This document shows, piece after piece, positions 11,905 through 22,499 of a DNA stretch of 64,000 nt. The stretch spans positions 248,001 to 312,000 of the forward strand of contig JASTWF010000329.1 in the NCBI GenBank assembly GCA_030390025.1. The letters are read 5' to 3'. The notes beneath the pieces were generated by a model. The model was not told where the DNA came from. It did not search any database and saw nothing but the letters and a program-made list of their open reading frames with translations. The position numbers were made by a program, and so were the translations under genes. This DNA comes from Squalus acanthias. Its lineage: Eukaryota. The number at the start of each line of letters is the position of its first letter. The first letter of the stretch is position 1.

Positions 11905-12316
11905 GGTTGTTCTCCTTCGAGCAGAGAATCCCAAGAGGAGATTTGAGAGAGGTGTTTAAAATCACGAAGGGTTTAGATAGAGTAAATAAAGAGAAACTGT
12001 TTCCAGTGACTGAAGGGTCGATAACCAGAGGGCACTGATTGAAGGTGATTAACAAAAGAACCAGAGGTGACACGAGGAAAAACCTTTTTACACAACGAGT
12101 GCTTAGGATCTGGAATGCACTGCCTGATAGGCTGGTGGATACAGATTCAATAGTAGCCTTCAAAAGGGAATTGGAGAAATACTTGAAGGAGAAAACATTG
12201 CAGGGGTTTGGGGAATGAGGTGAGTGGGACTAACTGGATTGCTCTTCGAAAGAGCCGGCACAGACTCGATGGGCAGAATAGCCTCCTTCTGTGCGGTACT
12301 ATTCGATGATTGTATG
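11905..12316 (+). mobile_element. Degenerate CR1 LINE 3' fragment
   Basis: LFSFEQR...GDLREVFKITKGLDRV...FTQRVLRIWNALP-like translation; CR1-type 3' UTR GATGGGCAGAATAGCCTCCTTCTGTG. Confidence 0.85.
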
Positions 12317-13643
12317 ACAATCTCTTTCTATTTTAATATTTATGATGTTATTGTCGACAGCACATCCCACAGCTGGAATCTGAGCATCACCCACAGGAGT
12401 GTAGACTGATGTGAAACCATCTTTAACGGTCTACTGACTCCTGACGTAGCTGGAAAAGCTTTTGCTGTTATTCCCACAATTGGGCACCATCAGCTTTTCC
12501 AAAGATCTCTGAGCTTCTCTAATGGCTGCTTTCCTCTCCCTCCATTGTGGGTGATATTTCTCCCTATTCTCCTGTAAACTGAATCCATCTTGATCTGAAC
12601 TGGGTTCAATGTGAGACAGTTCGGGGAGTCAGGCATCATTCACCTCTCGACCTACACTGACAGGTTAAACCCCAGACAGCTCCTTAGTGAGGATTCCTTT
12701 GGTTCCTCACCATATATGTGTCAGGATACTGAAACCCAGCTTTCTCACAGTCCACTCCTGGAGGCCCCACTCCCTGAACCTACAACCTTCAGCAGGGTCA
12801 GTGCTGGAGTTCCGCAGCGGGAGTGATCCCAGAGTAACTGTCGGGATCGCACCCCGTGGATGTTCCGGGTCGTGTATTTTTAGTTATCCTGCTGTCTAAC
12901 ACGCACACATCAATAAAACAGGGAATTCCTGGAAACACGCTGCAGGTCCTTCTTTATCTGGACATCAAATGTCTGTTGTATAATTGTACCAGCAGTTAAC
13001 AGGCTCCTGTGAACTCCTCCCTCTGCTATTTTAATGCAGACTTTAACCAATTTATTTTAAACGGGTTTATTTGAAATGAGCTAACACCTGCCTTAAAATG
13101 GTAGACTCAGGACTGTCTCACACACATATTAAATCTTCGTGGAATAATTACCAGCCATTTTGAGACTGGAAACTTAACCCTGCCGTTTCACTTTCAGTCA
13201 GGAACAGATCGCAGTTTGACACCAATCTCTGATTTGACAGCACGTTTCCAGCATTCACCGTTGTTCTTCCTGACTCTAAACACAGTTGTAAAGGAGCCTT
13301 CTGTTCCGTGCCCAGGAGCTCTGACCCATGGGAGAGAGCGGCTGGGAAACATTCCTTACAGGCCTCAAGATTAACCTGCACGGGGACATTGCTGTCAGTG
13401 AAGAGAGACGAGAAAGACCAAAGTGCCGTTTGCCCCTCTCAGTGTGGCCCTGAAGGACTGTGTCCAGGCTGTAGTTCTGTTCCTGCCGTACGATCCTCCC
13501 CCCAGATTGTCCTTTCTGAGCTCCAACCAGGTGATGCTAAACACTCAGGTGGGAACGACAAAAATCCACAACAATATGTTTAAAGCTAAGCTGATTTATT
13601 TGACATATATCCAGAATATTAATAACCCCCGTAACCTCTGCTG

Positions 13644-14681
13644 TCACTTGTGAACTTGCTGGTGTGTCAGCAGGTTGGATGACTGAGTGAATCCCTTTCC
13701 ACACTCGGAGCAGGTGAACGGTCTCTCCCCAGTGTGAACTCGCTGGTGTCTCAGCAGGTTGGATGAATCAGTGAATCCCTTCCCACACTCAGTGCAGGTG
13801 AACGGCCTCTCCCCAGTGTGAACTCGCTGGTGTGTCAGCAGGTTGGATGACTGAGTGAATCCCTTCCCACACTCAGAGCAGGTGAACGGTCTCTCCCCAG
13901 TGTGAACTCGCTGGTGTGTCAGCAGGTGGGATGAATCAGTGAATCTCTTCCCACACTCAGAGCAGGTGAACGGTCTCTCCCCAGTGTGAACTCGCTGGTG
14001 TTCCTGCAGATCCACTTTTCTTTTAAATTTCTTCTCACAGTCAGAACATTTAAAAGGTCTCTCATCAGTGTGAACAAGTTGGTGTGTTTGCAGGTTGGAT
14101 GACTGATTGAATCCCTTCCCACACTCGGAGCACGTGAACGGCCTCTCCCCAGTGTGAACTCGCTGGTGTACAGTGAGGTTTGATGATTGCCTGAACCCAG
14201 TCCCGCAGTGAGAGCACCTGAACGGTTTCTCATCAGTGTGAATACGTTGATGACACGTCAGTTCCCCGGAACATTTAAAGCACTTCCCGCAGTCCGGGCA
14301 TTTAAAAGGTCTCTCGTCAGTGTGAACTCGCTGGTGTCTCAGCAGGTGGGATGAATTAGTGAATCCCTTTCCACACTCGGAGCAGGTGAACGGCCTCTCC
14401 CCGGTGTGAACTCGCTGGTGTTTCAGAAGGTCGGATGAACACGTGAATCCCTTCCCACACTCGGAGCAGGTGAACGGCCTCTCCCCGGTGTGAACTCGTC
14501 GATGAGTTTCCAGCTCACACGGGTAGTTGAATCGCTTCCCACAGTCCCCACATTTACACGGTTTCTCCCCGGTGTGACTACGCTTGTGTCTCGACAGGTC
14601 AGAGGATCGGCTGAAGCCTCGTCCACACACAGAACACGTGTACGGTTTCTCCCCACTGTGAACGGTGCTTTCTGCTTCCAT
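13644..14681 (-). CDS. Tandem C2H2 zinc-finger protein, type B (B1), 345 aa, 12 fingers, no effector domain seen
   Basis: Open ATG-to-TGA frame with 12 CxxC...HxxxH repeats and TGERP/TGEKP linkers; splice acceptor TTTTGCAG|G at 14774/14773. Confidence 0.88.
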   Translation of the reverse strand: MEAESTVHSGEKPYTCSVCGRGFSRSSDLSRHKRSHTGEKPCKCGDCGKRFNYPCELETHRRVHTGERPFTCSECGKGFTCSSDLLKHQRVHTGERPFTCSECGKGFTNSSHLLRHQRVHTDERPFKCPDCGKCFKCSGELTCHQRIHTDEKPFRCSHCGTGFRQSSNLTVHQRVHTGERPFTCSECGKGFNQSSNLQTHQLVHTDERPFKCSDCEKKFKRKVDLQEHQRVHTGERPFTCSECGKRFTDSSHLLTHQRVHTGERPFTCSECGKGFTQSSNLLTHQRVHTGERPFTCTECGKGFTDSSNLLRHQRVHTGERPFTCSECGKGFTQSSNLLTHQQVHK

Positions 14682-15077
14682 GCTCAAAGGTCCTGATGAA
14701 TCAAGTGACTGTCAGATCTTGAAGTGATGTTTGGTTTGAGTTTCCCGTCTGCAATACCTCCCCTTCGAACACCCTGCAAAATGAATTTAAAACAGGAAAA
14801 AGGGAGGGTGAGGGATAACCCACAAAAACACAAAGGCAGGTTGTGAAATTGAGCTGAATGAATCTGGGAATTTGTGGGGCCGGCACTAGAAAAAAGTGAC
14901 CATGAAAGCTGCCGGATTGTCGTAAAAACCCAACTGGTTCACTAATGTCCTGCAGGGAAGGGAACCCGCCACCCGGTCTGGGCCTACACAAGACTCTGGC
15001 CTCTATGGGAGGAGAGAGAGTGAGGTGGGAGGGGGAGGGGTGAAGGAGAGTGAGTTTATACATCTGCAACTCGACTA

Positions 15078-15400
15078 GAACTTTGACAGCACCTCCCAAA
15101 CACGCGACCTCCACCACCTAGAAGGAGAAGGGCAGCAGGTGCATGGGAACACCATCACCTCCCAGTTCCCCTCCAAGTCACACACTATCCTGACTTGGGC
15201 ATATATCGCCGTTCCTACATCGTCGCTGGGTGAAAATCCTGGCACTCCTCACCAAACAGCATTCTGAGAGTATCTTCACCACACGGACTGCAGAGGTTCA
15301 AGAAGAAGGCCCAGCATCACCTTCTCAACGGGCAACTGGGGACTGGCAATATATGTTGGCCTTGCTAGTGAAACCCACATCCAAGGAATGTTTTTTTTTT
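15078..15400 (+). mobile_element. 3' end of a second CR1-group LINE family in the type B intron (antisense to the gene)
   Basis: CAGCACCTCCCAAAC...GTTCCCCTCCAAGTCACAC... matches the longer copy at 60439-61188; same position in the other type B copies. Confidence 0.8.
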
Positions 15401-15433
15401 AAACTGTGTACGTAAAATGGATGAAAAGCCTCG

Positions 15434-15833
15434 ACAGACTCACCGGCAGCAGCAGTGGCCCTGGGTGGAGACTGAGCGAGGACACCAAGGATTTAAGCAG
15501 TGGGAGAGAGAGCGAGGCCCAGACTCACCGGCAGCAGCAGCCCTGGGTGGAGACTGAGCGAGGACACCGAGGATTTAAGCAGTGGGAGAGAGAGCGAGGC
15601 CCAGACTCACCGGCGGCCCTGGGTGGAGACTGAGCGAGGACACCGAGGATTTAAGCAGTGGGAGAGAGAACGAGGCCCAGACTCACCGGCGGCCCTGGGT
15701 GGAGACTGAGCGAGGACACCGAGGATTTAAGCAGTGGGAGAGAGAACGAGGCCCAGACTCACCGGCGGCCCTGGGTGGAGACTGAGCGAGGACACCGAGG
15801 ATTTAAGCAGCAGGAGAGAGAGCGAGGCCCAGA
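15434..15833. repeat. 76-82-bp tandem repeat, ~5 copies, directly 5' of a CR1 ORF2
   Basis: Unit CAGACTCACCGGCGGCCCTGGGTGGAGACTGAGCGAGGACACCGAGGATTTAAGCAGTGGGAGAGAGAACGAGGCC. Confidence 0.93.
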
Positions 15834-15839
15834 AAATTA

Positions 15840-17186
15840 GTAAGTGAGTTTGGAAGGCAGAGGAAACAAGGGCTAGGAAATATACAACAAGGCAGTTTGG
15901 CAATGCTAAATGGTGTATACTGTAATGCAAGGAGTCTAGGAAATAAGGGAGATGAGCTGAGGGCACAGATAGACACGTGGGAGTCTGATATTATCGCCAT
16001 TACTGAGACATGGCTGCAAGAAGGGCAGGACTGGTAGCTCAACATTCCTGGTTACAGGGTTTTCAGACGAGATAGAGAGGGGGGTAAATAAAGGAGGGGG
16101 GGGGGTCGCAGTATTGATTAAAGAGACAATTCCAGCTGTGAGGAGGGAGGATATGTTCGAAGGATCATCAAATGAGGCCATATGGGTTGAACTAAAGAAC
16201 TAAAAAGGGGCACTCACACTGCTGGGAGTGTACGCTAGACCCCCAAACAGTCCCAGGGAGGTCGAAGAGCAAATTTGTAGGCAAATTTCTGACAAGTGCA
16301 AAAACAATAGGGCAGTAATAGAGGGGGATTTCAATGACCCTAATATTAACTGGGATACTACCAGTGGAAAAGGGATAGAGGGCACAGAATTCCGAAATTG
16401 CATTCTGGAGAACTTCTTTAGCCAATACACAGCAAGCCCAACAACAGCGGGGGCAGTTCTGGATTTGGTTTTGGGGAATGAAGCTGGGCAGGTGGAAGGA
16501 GTATCAGTGGGGGAGCATATTGGGGGCAGTGATCATAATTCAGTTAGTTTGGGCATAATTATGCATAAGGACAAAGAAAAAACAGGAGTAAGGGTTCTAA
16601 ATTGGGGGAAGGCCAATTTTACGAGGTTGAGAAGTGATTTAGCAAAAGTGGACTGGAAACAGTTACTTGAAGGTAAATCAGTGTCAGAGCAGTGGGAGGC
16701 ATTCAAGAGGGAGATACATGGAGTTCAGGGTAAACATGTTCCCACAAAGAAAAAGGGTAGAACTGCTAAACTTAGAGCCCCCTGGATGACAAGGTGCTTA
16801 CAGGGTAAGATAAGGCAAAAAAGGGAAGCCTCGATCAGATAGCGTGAGCTCAATACTGCAGAAAGCCTAGAAGAGGATAGAAAGTGTAAGGGTGAAATTG
16901 AGAAGGAAATTAGGAAAGCAAAAAGAGGGCATGAAAAAATACTGGCAAATAGAATCAAAGAAAACCCAAAGATCTTATGGATTTTAACAGGGCTTTTGAC
17001 AAAGTGCCACATGGCAGGCTGATCAAAAAAGTAAAAGCCAATGGGATCCAAGGGAGAGCGGCAAAAACCTACAAGGCTATGGACCAAGAGCTGGAAGGTG
17101 GGATTAGGGTGGATAGCTCTTTGTCGGCCGGCACGGACAAGATGGGCTGAATGGCCTCCTTCGCTATCGTAATTTTTCTATGATTC
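15840..17186 (+). mobile_element. Internally deleted CR1 LINE: APE endonuclease and tether, short RT piece, 3' UTR
   Basis: YCNARSLGNKGDEL...IAITETWL, GDFNDPNINW, LDLVLGNE, SDHN; jumps to FDKVPHGRL (~16995), then to the 3' hairpin and tail. Confidence 0.9.
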
Positions 17187-17235
17187 AAATACTCCCAGGG
17201 CAAATTACAGCACAGGTTAGATACAGACTGTCAGA

Positions 17236-17350
17236 CGTGGCTCCAGCGGTAGTACTCTCGCCTCTGAGTCAGAAAGTTGTGGGTGGAAGTCCCACTCCAA
17301 AGACTTCAGCACAAAACTCGAGGCTGCCACTCCAGTGCAGTGCTGAGGGA
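17236..17350 (+). mobile_element. 5' fragment of a tRNA-derived SINE (DeuSINE/SacSINE-like head)
   Basis: GTGGCTCCAGCGGTAGTACTCTCGCCTCTGAGTCAGAAAGTTGTGGGTGGAAGTCCCACTCC: degenerate A/B boxes. Family assigned from memory of shark SINEs. Confidence 0.6.
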
Positions 17351-17399
17351 GTGAAGCCCAGCGCGGAGTACAGCCCGGCGCGGAGTACAGCCCAGCGCG

Positions 17400-18224
17400 G
17401 AGTGAAGCCCAGTGCAGAGTCCAGTTCCCTCTGCTCTTCTCCAACATGCCAGAGTGAAGCCCAGTGCAGAGTCCAGTTCCCTCTGCTCTGCTCCAACCTG
17501 CCAGAGTGAAGCCCAGTGCAGAGTCCAGTTCCCTCTGCTCTGCTCCAACATGCCAGAATGAAGCCCAGTACAGAGTCCAGTTCCCTCTGCTCTGCTCCAA
17601 CATGCCAGAGTGAAGACCAGTGCAGAGTCCAGTTCCCTCTGCTCTGCTCACATGCCAGAGTGAAGCCCAGTGCAGAGTCCAGTTCCCTCTGCTCCAACAT
17701 GCCAGAGTGAAGCCCAGTGCAGAGTCCAGTTCCCTCTGCTCTGCTCCATGCCAGAGTGAAGCCCAGTGCAGAGTCCAGTTCCCTCTGCTCTGCTCCAACA
17801 TGCCAGAGTGAAGCCCAGTGCAGAGTCCAGTTCCCTCTGCTCCAACATGCCAGAGTGAAGCCCAGTGCACAGTCCAGTTCCCTCTGCTCTGCTCCATGCC
17901 AGAGTGAAGCCCAGTGCAGAGTCCAGTTCCCTCTGCTCTGCTCCATGCCAGAGTGAAGCCCAGTGCAGAGTCCAGTTCCCTCTGCTCTGCTCCATGCCAG
18001 AGTGAAGCCCAGTACAGAGTCCAGTTCCCTCTGCTCTGCTCCAACATGCCAGAGTGAAGCCCAGTACAGAGTCCAGTTCCCTCTGCTCTGCTCCAACATG
18101 CCAGAGTGAAGCCCAGTGCAGAGTCCAGTTCCCTCTGCTCTGCTTCATGCCAGAGTGAAGCCCAGTGCAGAGTCCAGTTCCCTGTGCAGAGTCCAGTTCC
18201 CTCTGCTCTGCTCCAACCTGCCTG
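17400..18224. repeat. 47-52-bp minisatellite, ~16 copies (CAGAGTGAAGCCCAGTGCAGAGTCCAGTTCCCTCTGCTCTGCTCCAACATGC)
   Basis: Direct repeats with small indel variants. Confidence 0.96.
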
Positions 18225-18254
18225 AGCCTGAATTCAGAAGAGTGCCCTCTGCTG

Positions 18255-18488
18255 CATTCCCCCTGGCTCCGCAGCGAGGGGAGCAGGCTGCGGTAATCCC
18301 GCCCTTCTGGCTCCCTGATTGGTTGGCGGACCCGCCGCCGCCTCAGTCCTCCAGGCTCCACCCACCCTTTCCCTATTGGTCGGAGTGGACGTCAGTCACG
18401 GCGGCGGGATTGGTCACGTGCCCCAGTCGGGCTGTGGTCGCTCGATCCGCCCGCTCGGTGCCGGGGGAGGGAGGAGGCGCTCGGACGC
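18255..18488 (-). promoter_or_regulatory. CpG island with three CCAAT boxes; candidate promoter of ZNF B1
   Basis: ATTGG at ~18318, ~18375, ~18408; GGACGTCA CRE-like; GC boxes. It is the nearest promoter-like block upstream of 14773 on the minus strand. Confidence 0.5.
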
Positions 18489-19597
18489 TCGAGTGTAAGT
18501 TCCAATATGCATGAATGCGTTCGTTTGAATCGTTCGTCCGTTCGTTCGCTCGAGCGTCCGTTCGTTCAATAAATTAGCAATATTAATTTACTTTATCTTT
18601 TCAAACACACCAACACTGGACAATAACCTCAAAGTAAATTCCTACATAACCACCAATACATCATCATGTGCAAATTTCCACAATCTTATCAGAAAATCAA
18701 TTAAGCTTCAAGTAAACTGCTTTCAAGCAGAAAACCTGAAACTTCCCAACAAAACAATTAAATACCAGTTCTACACCAGTCCTTTTGGCAATCCATTAAC
18801 GAATATCATTTGATGTTGTCGAACCATGTAAAGTCATAGTCCTTGTCCACAGTCTTCAGCCCTTCCACGGAAAAAGAAGCCATCCACTTCCTGAAATCCC
18901 GTAAAAAAAGACCGATCACTCAAATCTTCTTCTGCATGCTGTTATCGCTCACAGGACCCAACCATCAAAGAATACTCATAATTCCTTACTGATATTACTT
19001 TGCTCTGTCTTTTAATTTCCTTTTATTTTCCGTCTTTTAACCATTCACATTTTCCATCTTGTAACCGCTCACGCGCCACGTTACAGATGGAAACAGTTTG
19101 TCTTTCCTCCTCCAATATGGCGACGCATAAACCGGTCCCATGACCAAGAAAAAAGCTTCACAGCTGCCGCCAGGCAGAGCAGATGCTGGGCCGCTGGAAC
19201 TCATTCAGGCCCGAAACCATTCTGCAACTTTCAGAACCAGTGCAGCAATGCTCACCAACCGCGTCTCCCGCCTCCACCTCTGCTGACCAGCCGCCCCGCC
19301 CTGGGCCCCCCACCTGGGGTTCTCCGTGCTGGGCCTCCCGCCCAGGCCACTCTCCTCCGGGTCTTCCACCTTGGGCCTTCTGCACCGGGCCCTCCACACC
19401 GGCATTCTCCGCAAGCAGCCAGGGTGTGGAGCTGACCCGTTCACACAGCACCAAGCTGAGCTGAGAATCTTGCAGCCTGGGCTTCGATTTTGTCATTGGG
19501 GTGGGCTGGGCATGAACATGGTTCAGTGCTCAATGTATACCGTTGAATCCTTTTCCATTCACTAATGTGGCCGTTCAATGGCGGAGCTTTTACCCAG

Positions 19598-20020
19598 CAT
19601 TCCCCGCGGGGGAGAATGTGCCGCACCCGGACTACAGGAGCCCAGTGCGCAGGCGCAGGACGGCCTGGGTTTGGAGCATGCGCGGAGCGTGTCATTGCGG
19701 AAGACGTTGGTCGCGGGTCAGGTCCGGATAAATTTCTGAAAAGCCGACGGAGGGAGCGGAGTAATGGACCGACGGTGAGCGGGCAGGCTTCATAAACAAC
19801 TGCTGTAGGCCGCAAGCCCCGAATAATAACCTGAAGGTCCCGAGTTTGCAGCTTCCGGGCTTCTCCCGGTCACAGGCCAGGATAACGGCCGCCATCTTGA
19901 GTCAGTGAGTAGCAAAGCGCATGCGCGGACATCTTGCGAGGAACAAAGAGTGGGCGGGGCTTCAGTGTCTGTTCCCAACCGGGTCCTAGTGCCCGGGAGA
20001 GTAAATCATTGACTCAGTTA
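19598..20020 (+). promoter_or_regulatory. CpG-island promoter of type B ZNF gene (B2)
   Basis: GCGCATGCGC (NRF1) 19917-19926, GGCCGCCATCTTG (YY1) 19887-19899, TGAGTCA 19898 and TGACTCA 20010 (AP-1-like), GC box ~19952, CG|GTGAGC ~19775. Core is homologous to 1-350. Confidence 0.72.
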
Positions 20021-20143
20021 TTTGATTCAGACTCTCCACACTTCGGATTTCTCACCATCTCTCCTAAAGGCGCTGGTAAAAGCAGAGCATACGGTTAACA
20101 TCCCACACAATTGTAACAGAAGAGCCCCAGATCTGAGCCCCCC

Positions 20144-20466
20144 TTGTACAGTCCCAGGGTTAGAATCCCCTTCTACAGTCCCAGGGCTGGAATCCCCATG
20201 TACAGCCCCAGGGTTGGAATCCCCATGTACAGTCCCAGGGTTAGAATCCCCATGTACAGTCCCAGAGTTGGAATCCCCATGTACAGTCTCAGGGTTGAAA
20301 TCCCCATGTACAGTCCCAGGGTTAGAATCCCCATGTACAGTCCCAGGGTTAGAATCCCCATGTACAGTCCCAGGGTTGAAATCCCCATGTACAGTCCCAG
20401 GGTTAGAATCCCCATGTACAGTCCCAGGGTTAGAATCCCCATGTACAGTTCTAGGGTTGGAACCCT
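20144..20466. repeat. 27-bp minisatellite, ~12 copies (TACAGTCCCAGGGTTAGAATCCCCATG)
   Basis: Direct repeats; same unit inverted at 32441-33465 and 54691-56516. Confidence 0.97.
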
Positions 20467-20528
20467 CAGCAACACCGAGTGCGGGTCTCAGGCCCCGAGT
20501 CAGAGCCGCCAGGCCCGGGCAACACCGA

Positions 20529-20666
20529 GTAGGAACGGCGATATATGCCAAAGTCAGGATAGTGTGTGACTTGGAGGGGAACTGGAAGGTGATGGTGTTC
20601 CCATGCACCTGCTGCCCTTGTCCTTCTAGGTGGTGGAGGTCGCGTGTTTGGGAGGTGCTGTCAAAG
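20529..20666 (-). mobile_element. Truncated piece of the intronic CR1-group LINE in B2
   Basis: Reverse complement of 15078-15215; the remainder is deleted relative to B3 and B4. Confidence 0.75.
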
Positions 20667-21067
20667 TTCCAGTCGAGTTGCAGATGTATAAAGTCACTCT
20701 ACTTCACTCCTCCCCCTCCTACCTCACTCTCTCTCCTCCCATAGAGACCAGAGTCTTGTGTCGGCCCAGACCGGGTGGCGGGTTCCCTTCCAAGAAGGAC
20801 ATTAGTGAACCAGTTGGGTTTTTACGACAATCTGGCAGCTTTCATGGTCACTTTTTTCTAGTGCCGGCCCCACAAATTCCCAGATTCATTCAGCTCAATT
20901 TCACAACCTGCCTTTGTGTTTTTGTTGGTTCTCTCTCACCCTCCCTTTTTCCTGTTTTAAATTAATTTTGCAGGGTGTTAGAAGGGGAGGATTTGCAGAC
21001 GGGAAACTCAAACCAAATATCACTTCAAGATCTGACAGAGTCACTCGATTCATCATGACCTTTGAGC

Positions 21068-22499
21068 ATGGAAGCAGAAAGCACCGTTCAGAGCGGGGAG
21101 AAACCGTACACGTGTTCTGTGTGTGGACGAGGCTTCAGCCGATCCTCTGGCCTGTCGAGTCACAAGCGCAGTCACACCAGGGAGAGGCCGTTCACCTGCA
21201 CTGAGTGTGGGAAGGGATTCACATGTTCATCCAGCCTGCTGACACACCAGCGAGTTCACACTGGGGAGAGACCTTTTAAATGTCAGGACTGCGGGAAGTG
21301 CTATAAAAGTTCCGGGGAACTGACGTGCCATCAACATGTTCACACTGACGAGAGACCGTTCAGGTGCTCTCACTGCGGGACTGGGTTCAGGCGATCATCT
21401 CACCTCACTGTACACCAGCGCACTCACACCGGGGAGAGACCGTTCACCTGCTCTGAGTGTGGGAAGGGATTCACTCGATCATCCAGCCTGCTGAAACACC
21501 AGCGAGTTCACACTGGGGAGAGGCCGTTCACCTGCTCCGAATGTGGGAAGGGATTCACGTGTTCATCTGACCTTCTGAAACACCAGCGAGTTCACACTGT
21601 GGAGAGACCGTTCACCTGCTCTGACTGTGGAAAGGGATTCACTCAGTCATCCACCCTCCTGACACATCAGCGAGTTCACACTGGGGAGAGACCGTTCACC
21701 TGCTCTGAGTGTGGGAAGGGATTCACTCAGTCATCTGACTTGGTGAAACACCAGCGAGTTCACACTGGGGAGAGGCCGTTCACCTGCTCCGAGTGCGGGA
21801 AGGGTTTCAGGTGTTCTTCCCACCTACTGACACACCAGCGACTTCACACTGGGCAGAGACCGTTCATCTGCTCTGAGTGTGGGAAGGGATTCACTCAGTC
21901 ATCCGACTTGGTGAAACACCAGCGAGTTCACACTGGGGAGTGACCGTTCATCTGCTGAGTGTGGGAAGGGATTCACTCAGTCATCCGACTTGGTGAAACA
22001 CCAGCGAGTTCACACTGGGGAGAGGCCGTTCACCTGCTCCGAGTGTGGGAAGGGATTCATTCAGTCATCCCACCTGCTGACACACCAGCGAGTTCACACT
22101 GGGGAGAGACCGTTTACCTGCTCCGTGTGTGGGAAGGGATTCACTCGGTCATCCACCCTGCTGACACACCAGCGAGTTCACACTGGGGAGAGACCATTCA
22201 CCTGCTCCGTGTGTGGGAAGGGATTCACTCGGTCATCCACCCTGCTGACACACCAGCGAGTTCACACTGGGGAGAGGCCGTTCACCTGCTCCGAGTGTGG
22301 GAAGGGATTCACTCGGTCATCCCACCTGCTGACACACCAGCGAGTTCACACTGGGGAGAGACCGTTCACCTGCTCCGTGTGTGGGAAGGGATTCACTCAG
22401 TCATCCACCCTGCTGAGACACCAGCTGTCAAACTGCGATTTGTTCCTGACTGAAAGTGAAACGGCAGGGTTAAGTATCCAGTCTACAAATGACTGGTAA
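21068..22499 (+). pseudogene. Type B ZNF (B2): 10 intact fingers to a premature TGA at 21941-21943, then a frameshift and ~5-6 further fingers with the 3' end deleted
   Basis: ATG 21068 [20 protein letters not shown] in place of AGA; TGCTGAGTGT lacks 2 nt; last finger fused at ~22424 to downstream sequence. Could still yield a 291-aa protein. Confidence 0.78.

Noticed and set aside
8750..11934. Cys/Tyr-rich repeat ORFs; CRISPR-like regularity
   Set aside because: Pure 27-bp tandem repeat with no spacers and no cas genes, in eukaryotic DNA
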